Positions 13,601-27,300 of a stretch of DNA of 64,000 nucleotides are shown piece after piece. The notes below the pieces were generated by a model. The model was given only the letters and a program-made list of their open reading frames with translations, was not told where the DNA came from and searched no databases. Origin of the DNA: Raillietiella orientalis (Eukaryota); assembly GCA_036172245.1 (NCBI GenBank), contig JAYWIR010000018.1:3596001-3660000 (forward strand), written 5' to 3'. How positions within the stretch are numbered: position 1 is the stretch's first letter; each line of letters begins with the position of its first letter. The position numbers were made by a program, and so were the translations under genes.

Positions 13601-16069
13601 GTTTGGGTGGAATTCTGCATGCAGTTTGGACAACACCATACAAAGCAGGGATATCTATGGCACACATTGTAATTATTTCTCAGTCTGAAATTTCAACGTG
13701 CTGGTGGAGGAAAGGAAACGATTTTCGCCGACAGAGTAGAAGAAGGAATGGGCGTTGGAAAAGAGGCAGCCGAGTTGGCAGTAGATTGTGCGTTCCAGTC
13801 AGTCTGAGAAATGGAACCTGACCAAGAAGGACCAAGAAGGCCGTAGGTGTTTTCAGTGGATGCTCAGAGGTCAAAATCGTGGTAACTTGAGCTCCTGAAG
13901 ATCGTGTAAATTGAGGAAGGGCTGCGTACTCACGTATTTTTTAACGTTGAGACAAAAAGAAACTCTTCATCATCCAAATTTCTGTGCCTCTGCATTTCCG
14001 TTTTTCGGGTTTTGCCTTTCGTCCACAATCCTTATTCCTTCATGGGGTTTCTCACGATCACCCTACATTTGCTTGCTCTACTTTGAAGTGTCTCAATCAG
14101 CCAACAGTTCTTTCTTTGAGTTTCTCTCCGGCAGATTCTATCTGGAGCGCTGTAAACCGAAATCGATTAACAGTGCATCTCCAGAGAGAGACGGGATGTT
14201 CTTGCAAAATGGAAGTTTGCAAAATATCTCCTTTTGTTAAAAGCCCCTTCGAAGCACAATTTCGTTCTTTCCTTTGCTTATTTATCCAAATCTTTTTGAT
14301 GAATCCTTTTTTGAGTTCCTTGTAGCAGAACAAAGCCTTGCTCTGAAAGCGGCTTCTCTCCACACAGATGTTGATGTTGGGGTGAAAAAAATCCAAGTCC
14401 TGCTCTCGTTAGCGGTCCTGATGAAGAGCTCTTGCATGGAGGGCTTGTTGAAGTCGGAACCAAGGAAGGAAGAAACAGAAATGCACAAAAAATAACGATG
14501 GAAAGGAATAAACTCCGAGCATCCACGCTTAGGAGACAGAGACCCAGCTAGGGCCCGCAAGTTCAAGTTTTCGGGATGGAACCGAATACTTCCGGAGAAG
14601 CAAGCCTCTCAAAAGGAAGGAATGCAACGGAAGAATGCGTGAAGTTTCATGCATCATCCCTAGAGTTTTTCTCCACGTTCTGATGCTAAAACATAGGCAT
14701 GTATACGAGGTGGTACTTGGAAAGTAACCGAAGAGTTCGTTCAGCAAATAAGACTTCTCGGCTATACTTTTCCACTTCCTTTACTGAAAGGGTTTTAAGG
14801 ATGTTTCTTTTCAAGCACGTCCAACGGCCCTCATGTATGGATACAAAACTCAATCTGCTCAAAACCCTGCAGTTCATAAAGATTCTTTGTTAAAAACAAA
14901 TATGATTACTTTTTAAATTTTCATTGCTTAGTGAAAGAGACTGTGATCACTTGCAGTGTGAAATTTCGAAAACAGCTCTGTTTGGCCGAGTTGGATGGCG
15001 ACTGCAGATTTTGTTTTCTTCTGGGCTTCGACAACTCCACAGACGTGGTACTCAGTGGCGGAAAACAAATCGTGCAAGTGAAAGTGAAAGCAGCTGCTCT
15101 TTTGAGAGATTCCAGGATCCAGCACTCCTCAAGCATCGGAGCATTATCCCTTCAGCATTGCAGTTTTAATGCGGAAAAAGAATAAACGATGATTAAAATT
15201 TACTTCTCAATGCCTCAGGACATAAGGCGCAGGACAATTTTTTGCCATGTTCAGCTTCCGGGTTTAGCCTCCACTTCTTTGCTTCATCCTCGCTCTCATA
15301 ACTAAAGTGCAGTTCTCCATAACGAACAAGAGGAAAAGAAAAAAAAAATGAAAAGAATTTCTTAATGCCGTAAAAGAACCCTGAAGTTTCTGTACTTTTT
15401 TTTATTGGTATACCCGTCCGTACTCATACTCTGTGGAATAGTCCACAATCCTGTGGATGCTGCGTCGCGCAACTTCGGATCAGTCGCGTAGTCCTGCAGC
15501 CGCCACCGGGCCAAACCGACTTGACCTTCCTCCCTCCCTCACCAGGTTGATGATGCTGCGGCGCCTGGTGCTTAGAGATGCGTTGCTCAGCATCGACTGT
15601 GCACATTTCAGCAGGCTCGCGCCTGTACGGGTGAAGATTGCGTGGGAGGAATCCGACGTGATGGGATATTCTCAAAAACTCACGTTGCAGGAGAGGGAAG
15701 GATAGAGATGAGACGGAAAAAAAACAGAAACGAGGAAGTCGAACCCATACAAAAAACAAAAGCGTCACGAGTGCATCATTCATCCATCCCAGCAAACACC
15801 TCGTGCACTGCGTGCCTTATGCGGACCGAGTTGGTTTCGAGTCGCAACCTGCAAAGGGAAAGCCAAGAAAATTGAGGATAGGGCGATTCTCGCCTTACGT
15901 TGGAGTGTTTCATTATTGTGCATTCAAGAATTTGCACTTCCAACCAATAATGAATTAACAATATTTCACGTATTTTCAAGGCGGACATTTGAATAGCCAA
16001 ACACTTACATTCGAAATGCAATTCTGACATTTGTAATGACCTCCACATGCCGCGTTTTGGAAAGCTACA

Positions 16070-19000
16070 ATGACTCCCAGGAGAATTTCGACTCGCTCCA
16101 TGAATGTTAGCAGCCACCACACGGTCAAGCTGAAAAAACTCTCGCGGAAGGCAACCACCTCCACTCCCGTGTCCAGCGGTTGCATGGAGGAATTCCCCGT
16201 CGGCAATGAAGTGTCCAACATCTGGAAGGAGCTGAGGGAGAAGAAACAGCTCTGCGACGGGGTTATTCGGACCACGGACGGCGTCGTCTTCCACATCCAC
16301 CGCGCTATTCTTTCCGTAGCCAGCCCTTACTTTAAAGCTCTATTTACCAACAGCCTAAAGCAGGGCAACCCGGAGACCACGGAGGTCCTGTTCGACATCA
16401 GCGGCGACATCATGAACCTGATCCTCGATTTTATCTACACCGGGAAGTGCAAGATCACCAGCCAGAACGTCGAGAAGCTCCTGCCCGTGGCGGACCACTT
16501 CCAAGTTCTTGGGGTGGTCAAGTTCTGCTGCGAGTTTCTAAGCCGCGAGCTTAGACCCGACAACTCCCTCGGCATCTACAAGTTCGCAAAACATTACTTC
16601 TGCAAGGAGCTGGAGGCGAAGGCGAGAAAGTACATACTGGTCAGGTTCTCGGACTTGGTCGCCCAGAGCAACGAGTTCGTCCTGCTCCCCGAGGAGGAGC
16701 TTGAGGACTTCCTCAAGGACGACGAGCTGAACGTCCGCAACGAGGAGCTCGTCTTCGAGGCTTTGCTCAAGTGGGTCGAGTACGACGCAGAGAGGCGCTC
16801 TGGCAAGCTGGCGAGCCTTTTCCACTGCGTGCGCTTCGGACTGATGAGCTACAAGTATTTCACGGATATCGTGTGGAAGAACTCGCTGATCTCCAGCAGC
16901 CAGGTATTCCGTCCGAAAGTCGAGGAGCACCTCTCCACGTGAGCGCAACCTGCCGGCCCTCACTTTCTCCACAGCCATGTTCAGTGGCTCTGCGCGCATG
17001 CGCACGAATCGGCTCGTTCGCGATTGCCGCGTGCCTAGCGAAAGATGCCATGTCAACAGTGATGGCAAGCAGCAATTAAAGAAGGCGGGGGAGGGAATAT
17101 GAAACGGAATGCTTTTCCCCATCATCTCTGTGATCTCCTTTCGCAAAATTTCTCGCCCTTTCCATCCCGAAGTGGTCAGAGTGCACGCTCGGCAGGTTCC
17201 GCTGTTGACCGCTCAAGCGGTCTCGCTCCGCGTTTCCAGTCGCTGCCTGAGGATGACGAAGAGAGAGGACAGCAGAGTCGGCAGCGGATGAGATGAATTT
17301 TCTATTGCTTCCAGGAGTGCCAAGCGTCCCTTTACCCATCCTCCGTGTTCCTGGCCCAGCTTGATTCTTCAGGAGGAGAGACGGACCTTAACGACCCCCT
17401 TGCGAGACCACGAATTCCTCATGAAATTCTCTTCGCTATCGGCGGGTGGAGTGCAGGAAGCCCTACGAGTTTCGTCGAGACCTACGATACTAGGTACCGT
17501 TGTCAACTGATCTTGGGAAGTGACCTTGGGACCAGGGAGGGGGAGAACAAAGTAGAAAAAAATGGCATGACTTTTTCCGAAAGAGCCGACCGCTGGTTCT
17601 TGTCGGTGAACACGGACACCACGCCTCGGGCCTACCACGGACTGGTGGAGCTCAACGGACTGATCTACATGATCGGCGGCTTTGATGGGAACGAGCACTT
17701 CAACACTGTCCGCTGCTTCAACCCAGTGACCAAAGTTTGGAAGGAGCGTGCCTGCATGTACACCCCCAGATGCTACGTCAGCGTGTGCACCTTAGGTACA
17801 GGAGACATAAGCGGAGCGCGTCTTACGCGTCTTACACCACGAGGCTTGGTGCCTCTTTCCTGCGGCTGCGCCTCGGCTTGTCTGTGTCCTTCTCTTCCTA
17901 AAAGTTGAGAAAACAATACCTACCCCGTCTTCCTTTAACGAAGCGGGCCATAGTACCCCAATCAGGGTGTCGCCAGCGTCGCATGCCGTGACCGCGGGCT
18001 GAGCGTTCCTACCCGGCTTAGGGGGCCGGAAAGGAACACCTCAGAAGGATGGGAACTCAATAAAGGCGTGGAAACCTTAACGCTGCGTAGCTCCCATCTC
18101 TTGCGAAGAGATTCGTCAGATCTCCCTGCAGACTCCGCTACCGAAGCTCAGAAGGAGAAAAAAAGAGAGAGCAGCCACCGAGTCTCGCCGGCTTAAGGAA
18201 ACTTCCGGAAAACGGCGTGATGTGCGATCCTGCGCGGTTCCCGCGAGTGCTCTGAAAGAGCGAGCACGAGCAACCGACCCACGCTTGAAGTCTCGAGGAC
18301 CAGAGGATGACCCAGATTAACCGCTGCTTCCAGACGGGCACATCTACGCGATCGGCGGATACGACGGGAGGTCCAGAATGAACAGCGCCGAAAAATACGA
18401 CCCCGGGATCAACCAATGGGAGCTGCTCCCGTCCATGCACAGGCAGAGGTCGGACGCCAGTTCCGCGTCGCTCGACGGGAAAGTTTACATCGCCGGGGGC
18501 TTCAACGGACAAGAAGTGCTGAATAGCGCCGAAGTATACGACTCTAGAACAAGACAGTGGTCTTTCATTAGTCCTATGCTGAACGCCAGAAGCGGGGTCA
18601 GCCTGATTGCGTACCACGGCTACCTGTACGCGCTTGGAGGATTCAATGGCTTTACGAGGCTGAACTCTGGTGAGTTGCGGGGCATCTCCCATTTTCCCTT
18701 TCTTTCCCGGTTTCGGCTCGTCCTGCTTTCTGCTCTCGTCAGGTCAATTTTTCGTTCCCACTGACTCTCGTGCATTTTCCCAAGTTCCAAAGGTCACTTC
18801 ACCCTTCTGCCTGCTCCCCGGTGAAGTCACCAGCGGATAAGAGCGCATGCTTATCGTGCGCAACGCGTCTAGAATCCAAGCAGTCCCTCCTCCCTGACAA
18901 TACTGCTGAATGAGGGTAAAACGCCCTTCCTCACTGCGTCCTGCTAGTCACTTCCAGCAGAGGAGCGGAAGAAGTAATAACAGAGCCATGGGGCTTTATA

Positions 19001-20022
19001 AGAGGAGGAGTCTTTCTCTTGTCCGCGCGGGGAGGAGTGAAGGGACGCGGCAGCTCGACTCTTGCGTGTCCTTTGCTCAATTCCGCAGCTCCAAGCTACC
19101 GTTGACGCGGAGACATCCACTCCGATCCCGTTCTTCAACTGCGTCTCTCGCCAGAATCCGTTTCCTGTTGCCCGCAAGGACTCGGCAGCAGAAAGAGGAT
19201 TTCCTCATAGAGCTGCAAACGACTTCGGAGAGCGGATTGCCCTGCTAAGACAGACTTTCTGAGCACGATTGCGTTCCGAAGGAAAAGGCTTTTTCGCCTA
19301 TGTCTCTTCCTTTCTCCTTTTCCCCGCGCAGCACATCCTTTCCCGCGTAAACTGGCGCCTTCTCGTTGCCTCGTGCAGGTGAGAAGTTCGACCCATCCCG
19401 AGGTTCCCAGTGGCAGGAGATTCCCGAGATGTACAGCCCGAGGAGCAACTTCGCCACAGCCACCCTGGACGACATGATCTTTGTGATTGGAGGATTCAAC
19501 GGTAAGCGAGGACAGGGAGAGAGCGCCGCGCAGGCTCTGCAGGACACCCTCCTCCATCCTCCTCTCCCTTCCTGCCCGTCTCGCTCAGCGTCAACAGTTG
19601 CCATTGGCATCCAGAGAACTTGAAGAGGTCGTCCTCTGTTAGCCAGAGTTTGTTGGTCGTGCAGAAGCCCTTCTTCAACCTTCTCTGAATCGTGGGCGAC
19701 TCCCCCGGCATTTTCATGGCAACGGAAGCGGAGTGAGGGCGGAGGGAGGCTGCGGAGAAGGAAAGGAATCTTCCTGTTTATGGGCACCTATGCATTGCCA
19801 GGGACGACGACCATTTCCTTCGTGGAGTGCTACGATGGCGAGAGCAACGAGTGGTACGATGCCTCCAGCATGAATCTCAACCGCAGTGCCCTGAGCGCCT
19901 GCGTGGTCCGCGGGATTCCTAACGCAAGGGACTACTCGTACATCGCTCGCGTCCAGGAGGTACAGGGTCACCTCGAGGAGGAGAAACCGGGTCCGGAAGG
20001 TCCCTCGCAGACTTCATCGTGA
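16070..20022 (+). CDS. KLHL10: Kelch-like protein 10 (BTB-BACK-Kelch Cullin-3 adaptor), about 634 aa
   Basis: Exons 16070-16903, 17315-17493, 17584-17795, 18334-18669, 19379-19501, 19802-20022 join in frame (1905 nt). BTB motif FHIHRAILSVASPYFKALFT and a BACK domain. KLHL10-type kelch motifs RPRIPHEILFAIGGWSAGSPT, RADRW, PRAYHG, RCYVSV, QRSDASS, PRSNF, RSALSACVV. The start could be a later ATG. Confidence 0.93.
18238..18315 (+). repeat. About 79-bp dispersed repeat, copy 1 (KLHL10 intron 3)
   Basis: ttcccgcgagtgctctgaaagagcgagcacgag...tctcgaggaccagaggatgacccag recurs at 23466-23544 with a few differences. Confidence 0.9.
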
Positions 20023-23000
20023 AAGCAGACCCTTCGGGCAGAAAACAGATACCTTCCTCTTCCCTCTCCTCATCATCCGCTTTTTCCTCTTCATCGGGTC
20101 ATGGTGGTGGCGACGGTGGAGAACTCTGCCTCCTTCAGATAGGCTAACACCCATCCATGGGACCCACTCAAGCCCCAACCGTTGCAAGGGGAATGCGATG
20201 GCCAACGGCAGACAAGTCGAGCAAAGGCGTTCGGTCCGCTATTCCGTCCTCCGCCCACCACCTTGTGGAAATTTGACGCTAATAACAAAAACTGGAGAAG
20301 TTTCCACTGCAGCAGATGCTCTTGATCCGGGTCTGGCCTCCACGACAGCTTTCGTCCACTGTCGGAGACACATCTACAAGCAACGGAAGAAAGAAAAAAA
20401 CGCGTTCGAAAAAGAAAGGGAATCGTCCCTCCTCTCATTGGTAGGGAGCATGAACCTCATCCGTTTCCTCTTATAACGGAGTAGTTCCGGAAAGAGTTAA
20501 AAGCAGCGTTCTCTCTTTACGCCAACCGATAGGAAGTGGAAGACGTCTTTTCACCATCTTCCTCGAGATCAGGAACGGGCGACGAAAAGAAAAGTGCACA
20601 GCGTCTGATCTGAACCTGGTCAGTTAGGTGCGCGAGATGGGTTAGGTAAACCAACCCGACTCGATGCCTCTGTGGCATTTATGGCTCGGGAGGAAGAAAA
20701 TTGCCTTCCGCTGGTTATTAGGGGGCGTCCTCAGCATAGGGATTCACTGAAGAACCCCGTGAACGAAAGCTGGGTGGTCATCTCTCCTGCCATCGAAGCG
20801 GAGGGAGCCAGGCGCCCCTGTTTAAAGCAAACGAAAGCTCCTCATACGGTTTTTGCCTTATTAGGAAAACCAGTGAGGTGGATCAACCCGGAGGACAATT
20901 GCCACTGGACATTCAGAGAGTAGGAGAAAAACTCCTCCTGGTGACTTCGCCGCCATCTTATGCCCTTCTTTATCAGGCTGTCCTTTCCCCAGTGGGAGGA
21001 AGGCGCTGCTCTGGTTCGCTTGCCTGCTCTCGGCTGGCAAACGAGCATGAGAGGCGAACGCGAGGAAAAAAGGGATTCGAAAAGTGAGAGGGCTTTGCTC
21101 GAACTCCGGTCCCGCCTCCCGAGTGGGACGAACAGCTCTTCCACGGGGTCACGAGATGCAAAGGCAGAGGGCAGGGCGAAGAGTGTGTGAGAGTGTTTTT
21201 CCGCCCGTCTGCTCGTAAGATTGGCTGCAGCTTCACTTCGCCGTAGCGAACCGGCAGGCATCTCCAGATGGAAATGGTGTTGTGAAGACGCCAAAGAGGA
21301 AATGAAAGAAGAGTTGACATCCTGCAATACTTACAAGTATAAGCACATAACGAACTTTCAGTGAAGTACGATCAAAATCCCGAAGAATCATAAAAGGGAA
21401 ACATATATACCTATTCTTTATAGATTAATATACCAATTTATTTTAATGAACACTGTTATTCATATTTATCAAAACACATATTACTTTTAGCAATATTATT
21501 AGAATATATGTTCTTTTAAGGTCCCTTAACATATTATCGATATAATTAATAATTTTATAATTCTATTACTGATATATACTTGAAAGATTGCAACCTATAT
21601 ATTTATTTATATGCAAACATTGATTTGTAAATATGTATACATACCTATTTATATTTATATAAGCTTATACAAATATTGATATAAATAATAAGCATACATA
21701 TTTATTTCTTATGATTTTCATAATATATATGAATCAAATAGTAAAGAACTTATTTATTATATTACCAAAACAAATGCTAATGAATCTGAGTAAATATACA
21801 TGCTACAATAGTATTGCCATTGATAATATATATGTTAACACATAATAATTATATATATCCAAAAAATTCTATCTATTAATCTTTATATAGCAGCCTATAT
21901 AATAAGCATATGTATTCATTTTGAATTACTTGAATGATATTAAAATAAATTGGAATACGAATCCATACGAAAGAAACATGTATGATTATTATCCAAGTTC
22001 CTTCGGGGTTGTGATCGTTGGACATTTTAGCGTTTAAGAAGTCGTCTGGATGGCTCTGGATGTTGCATGGGACCCCTTCGATGCAATAAGGTGAATGCAA
22101 GTTAGAGGTCGGCAATGCTACCAACTCCATATAGAGAAAGGAGAACATGCGTACCGCTGCTTTAGTAAAATACCATCATGGTTCAGTTACAACGTCGTAT
22201 GGTCTAGAGTGGCTCAAGAAAGGCTTTCATTCTTTGCATTTGAAATTTGGGATCCCATCTTCGTTTCCCTTATTGTATCAGTAGGCCACTGATGGATACT
22301 AGGAGGTACGTCATAAACTTTGTGTATGACGTACTTCTGCTCTTTGTATGTGAAATGAAAGGCGGATAGAATAGTCACGGTATACTTCCAGTATGAGAAA
22401 ATAGCCCTAGACGTCCCTCCATCTCAAGTTCTTCAACAGTTGGTGAAAGACTACATTGCAAAAGATGATGCTTTCCAGCATCCACAGTGTTGTGAATGCT
22501 GTTGCTTTCCTCCATACAGAGACGTGGCTAATTTATGGCACAGTTTTAATGCATGCTCATCTTTTTATTTGCAAGAAAATTGCTGCACTGTCACGGACTG
22601 CAAACAAACTCCGAGAAAATTTTACCATAGCTCAATTCTGAGAGAAGAATCCATAAGTCATTTTTTGCTACAGGAAAAACACATTAGCACCAGAAAGAAA
22701 GAAAGCTCTTTTGAGCACATGTTCCTGAAAGTCACTGCTGCTGGAAGGTTAGCGGTGCTTACGTGGAAAACTCGTGTGCAACCGCTTGTCTCATCCTCAC
22801 TCAGATTGCAAATGGACCCAAATTTAAAACGAAAATGCTGCACGATCATCTGATAGGGAAACATGTACATGAATCGTCCACTCAAGCATTTTGCAACTTC
22901 CATCTTCATAGAATCAGTACAGAAGGGGTCCCCCATCCTGCTGCTTGCATTCAAATAGGCAGCAAGTCGGGAACAGCGGTTCCTGACTCGCTGCCTTAAG

Positions 23001-23465
23001 AGGTTCTCGAAATTCCAATTTGAAAATAGATTATCGTTTAGAGCAGAGGTTCCCAAACCACGGCCCGCGGGCAACTCATGACCCGTCTGCTTTCAGAAAG
23101 TGGCCCGCGAAGCCTCAATATGTAACATAATATATTTTAATAATTACAAAAATTTATTGATGTTCAAATAGATGAATATTATTTTAACGAAAGTCGCAGT
23201 AATGAGCTTATAACTTTAGGCACGCCAGCTTTGTGCCCAGACATCGATAAACTGGCATCTGAACTTCAGTAACTTGAGGTGAAGAACAGTTACAATTGTA
23301 AATTGATTACATTTATAGCGGTTTTTAAAACCAATCAAATGGTTATTCAAAATTGCTAAATAAACATTTGATTCGAAACAGAACATGACTGTAGTGTAGG
23401 ACTCATACTGACAGCTCTTGAAGTTGTAGAATTTGGTTGCTGAAAGTTAAGAATGATATTGCACC

Positions 23466-23544
23466 TTCCCGCGAGTGCTCTGAAAGAGCGAGCACGAGCG
23501 ACCGGCCCCACGCTTGAGGTCTCGAGGACCAGAGGATGACCCAG
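23466..23544 (+). repeat. About 79-bp dispersed repeat, copy 2 (inside hAT element)
   Basis: Near-identical to 18238-18315. Confidence 0.9.
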
Positions 23545-23562
23545 CAGCATGTTGGATTCAAT

Positions 23563-23855
23563 AAAAACGAAAAAAACCACTTGACAAACTCCGCCAGTCT
23601 TTTTATCGTAGTAGTGAAGCTATTTATTTATCTTCATTCCGTACAGATAAAACGACAAACAAACTTGGCGTATCTGACGTCACATGTTTAATTTTTCACA
23701 CTATGTGCACCTTACGTCTTTATAAAATTTTCGGGTTTTTTACCTATATAAGCTGAAACGCGCTTGTAAAGCGTTTGAAACATTAAAAAACGCCAATATT
23801 TAGAAATAGATAGTGAATTACGAGCTACTTAGGGTTTCTTTTGTCTTTTTTTCTG
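23563..23855. repeat. Wolbachia-type intergenic repeat element (endosymbiont-derived nuclear insert)
   Basis: Contains acttgacaaactccgccag, cactatgtgcacctta, ttttacctatataagctgaaacgcgctt and tttcttttgtctttttttctg, which I recognise from memory as a Wolbachia intergenic repeat family. It abuts the hlyD fragment. Not verified by search. Confidence 0.7.
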
Positions 23856-23857
23856 TA

Positions 23858-24313
23858 GAAAAACTCTTATCACTTTTGGCATCTGAAGCAAGACTTATTG
23901 CTATTAGGGGAGGCTTAGACATAATTGAGTTTCCCGATGAAGTCAAAGAATTATCTGATGGCAATCTTGCAAACAAAGTGATGAAAAATCAGATAAGATT
24001 ATTTGATTCTCAGCACAAGAGAATATTTGGAAAAACTGAAATACCGCAACAACGTATACGGCAGTAACATGATGAATTAGTAGGATTGAATTCTCAACTG
24101 GATGCAGCTCTCAGGCAATATGACTTAATAGCTGAGGAATTAGAAACAAAAAGGCAGCTTCTTAGCGGTGGTCACATAGGTAAGCCACGCATTTTGGCTT
24201 TGGAAAAGCAGTTTGCTGAAATTGAAGGTAGAGTTGGTCATTACCGTGCTGCAATATCTCAAGTGCAACAAAAAATTGGAGAAAACGAGTTAGAAATCAT
24301 AAATGTGAAGAAT
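23858..24313 (+). pseudogene. Internal fragment of a bacterial HlyD-family type I secretion membrane-fusion protein, Wolbachia/Rickettsiales-like
   Basis: ORFs 23813-24067 and 24086-24325 share one frame, separated by TAA (24065-24067): EKLLSLLASEARLIAIRGGLDIIEFPDEVKELS...NQIRLFDSQ...QQRIRQ*HDELVGLNSQL...IAEELETKRQLLSGGHIGKPRILALEKQFAEIEGRVGHYRAAISQVQQKIGENELEIINVKN. This is the coiled-coil hairpin of HlyD/AprE; no introns, no N- or C-terminus. Confidence 0.82.
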
Positions 24314-27300
24314 GTGACCTTATAAACATTGATAATTTTATAACGTCGTGGCCCGCTTGAGTACTTAAAATAATAGATATGGCCCTCCACTTGAAATGCT
24401 TGGGAACCACTGGTTTGCATCAATGGAGGATTGGAGGATGGTAGGAGAAAACCCATTTCGCCGCAGCATCGTGAAGTGCGTTTGTTCTTTTCGTAGAAAG
24501 CGAAAAGCGGATGAAAATTCTGCTTACGTCGGATGCTTTTATCATCGGAAACCGACCAATGACGGCTGAGCTTCTGAACAAGCATTTCAACAATCAACAA
24601 GGAACCCCGCGACAGCCATTGTTGCGAATGTTCTGTGACCTTGTAGGGTCAGCCAACGCAGAAGCATTGCCGAACAATGAAATGGATTGCGATTGTTTTT
24701 CTTCTTTTTTTTTTCGCAAGAATAATCCTCAGCTGAGTTGACAATCGCAAACGAGCGGACTGTGAAAATCACAGCACCGTTTGCTTGAGAGCGGAGGAGC
24801 AGAGTCACCCTACATGGCCCAAATGGAATCGAAGCTCCTCGGCTTGAGCAAATGAGAACAAACTGTCCCAGAAACTGACGACTGGATGCAGACCAATCGG
24901 CTCGTTGGCGAGAAAAGGCAAAAGGGGTTCAGCTGCTTCCGCGTGCAAACGGGGTGGCACTTGGATTCAGGATGCTGAACAACCATTTGATCCGAAGGCG
25001 AAAAAGATTACATCCACGGAATCATTTCACCAGTCCACTTATGCTGAATACATCGCACCGTACGCATCTCGGATCATAAGCACTGCACACCTTTTCAGCA
25101 AGAACACACACAAAAACATCAAAAACACGCACACAGGATTCAGTTCTTCGTAAATTTGGATTTTCAATTCGAGAAAAAGCAGTGAGGATCCAAGCTCTTA
25201 TTTAATACGTCGACAAACGAAAGACATAAAAAGAAAAATAATATATATAATATTATATGTAGAAAACGATTTCCAGATGGAAATCCTTTTCTGTCTTCTC
25301 AGTTCTTCGACACGGTTCCACGCCACCCGAGGGTGGGTAGTCTTCAAGATAGGAGGTACCCCGGGAGGGGTCCGCCCTATGAATCCAGGAAGGACTCGGA
25401 GTTCGTTCCTCTCACGCCTGGGGAGGGGTCCCCGGAAATAGGGATCACCTCCAGCCTGGTTGTCTCCGGAGGAGAATCCATAAGGGAATCTCTTTCCCTA
25501 TTCTCTCCGAAGAGACCCTTGGAGGGGTCCGCTCCAGTTTTTCTCTGAAGGGAACCTGGAAGGGATCCGATCCTGTTTTTACTCCTCTGAGGAGAACCCA
25601 GGTGAGGCTTCTGAAATTCAGAAGGATGCAGCTTATCACGTCTCTGCACTCTCTGGAGAGGTGGTGGCGACACACCTACTCCATCAGTCCGACACGGAGG
25701 GATTCCTCCCGGAATGGGGGGTCTGCTCCTTCACAACCGGAGGGGAGCTCCCACTCCTTGATTCCTGGAAGGACAAGGAGGTCGACTCCCATTTGTTCCG
25801 GCCCTCATCGGGGGACATCCGGTTTAAACCGCTACCAGTGCCACACCCAGATTAATGTAGGCCAACCAGCTTCATCTTGTGGGGTGAACTCGGAACCCAC
25901 GACGCTTGGTGGCGCCACGCGCGCGGAGACCACCGTAAGCACACGGCCTCCGACGCGGGCAAAATTAGGAAACACTTCCTGAAGTGTTTCCTGAGCTTGC
26001 GGATCAAAATGAAAGCAAATGGAACATTCGCTGAAGCAAAAAAATAAATGAACAAAAACAAAACCAAAAAAAAAAAAAATTCAATAGAATTCTTGCAAAA
26101 ATTCCTAGGAAACAAAAAAAGGAGAATAACGTCTAAATACGCAAACAGCAGGGCAAAAAAAAAAAACCGGCTGAGGACAACAAATTAAAGATCAGAAGAA
26201 AACCGCACACAGCAAACCGCATCAACAGATTAAGTGTCACTCAATCAGAGAAAGAAAAAAACGCAACAAAAATCAGACTTCAAACGAAACTCAAAGATAA
26301 ATTAACGTTATATCCGATACTTCAAAATTGAATGTAGCACTTCTAAGACCAAATGCTTTTTTCTCCTTAACACTGTCGCGTGGATGACGAAGAATACAAG
26401 CTTTCCATAAAAGTAGCAGCATGCAAAACACACCAAGACAAAAAGAAACGTGTTCTTTTGGTTATGACAAAAAAAATTGATGGTCACCCATTCGGTGCAC
26501 TCCGCAGCAGCGTTCCTCGATTTCCAGTCATCCCGTGGACCAGCTTTCGTACATTTCAGTAGCAGGCGAAAAGCGGTTTCGACATCATAACTTGAAATGG
26601 CACGTACGAAATCGTCAGACCGCGCCTCGGCTTTATGATAACTTCCGAAACAGAATCCCTTCCTCAAGCAATCTGCGTTTCCTCTTACGCTGGGATGACG
26701 CGTAGCATGAATGCCGCTTAGAGCTCCCTGCGACACGTCTCGAAAAACGGCACAGCGAAATCTGTGTTCGCGAATTTCGTGTGTGCATCACACCCGGAGA
26801 TATTGCTTACTACATACAGCTTCAACGGATCTGACGGCTGCGGAATTTCGACCCCCCCCTTCATCAGCGAAAAGAGGAGGCTCCGAGGTATCATTTGGCT
26901 GTTTCGTTAGCGGGATGCAACGTCGAATGTCGCCTACTGCTGCTTGGCGCGGACGCAAGATGTGTTCCCATTCTTTCTGTTTGCACCGCCGCCGACGGCG
27001 AGACGGTCGCCATGGAAACCACACTGTTGCGTTCTCCGCCTCCATCCTTCAAGGAACCATGCTTCCTGGCTACTACCTTCACAGTCACGCAACGTGCTCG
27101 GACTGTTTCGGGACCTCACCCTGACATCGCAGCCGCTGGGCACGAAATCGAAAGAATGCTCTTGCGCGAAAAAGGAAGACTTCTTGAAGATCTGCCGGGT
27201 TTGGAGCGCTCTCCTGCGGGCTTCCCTAAGAGTGTCTCGTCCCCCTCCTCCCAAGTAATTGAAAATTGAGCTCGTTGGAAGCTTCCGTGCGTCGCCGCTC

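Larger units (their letters stand above)
23044..24412 (+). mobile_element. Non-autonomous hAT (Buster/Charlie-like) element with internal cargo
   Basis: TIRs CAGAGGTTCCCAA (23044) and TTGGGAACCACTG (ends 24412). Subterminal GGCCCGC repeats near both ends. Transposase C-terminal-like remnant CPDIDKLASELQ at about 23233. Flanking 8-mers GTTTAGAG and GTTTGCAT match only 4/8. Confidence 0.7.

Noticed and set aside
11395..15800. Scattered ORFs and possible exons between tektin and KLHL10
   Set aside because: I could not assemble a consistent spliced frame or recognise a domain; may be decayed gene or TE sequence.
21400..21990. Extremely AT-rich tract (similar one at about 11990-12290)
   Set aside because: Low complexity with no discernible period or structure.
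21990..23000. Coding-looking sequence upstream of the hAT element
   Set aside because: Stops in all frames and no motif I can identify.
23835..23860. Polypyrimidine tract + AG just before the hlyD fragment, suggesting exonisation
   Set aside because: The T-rich tract appears to belong to the Wolbachia-type repeat itself, the frame has a stop, and no clear downstream donor supports an exon.
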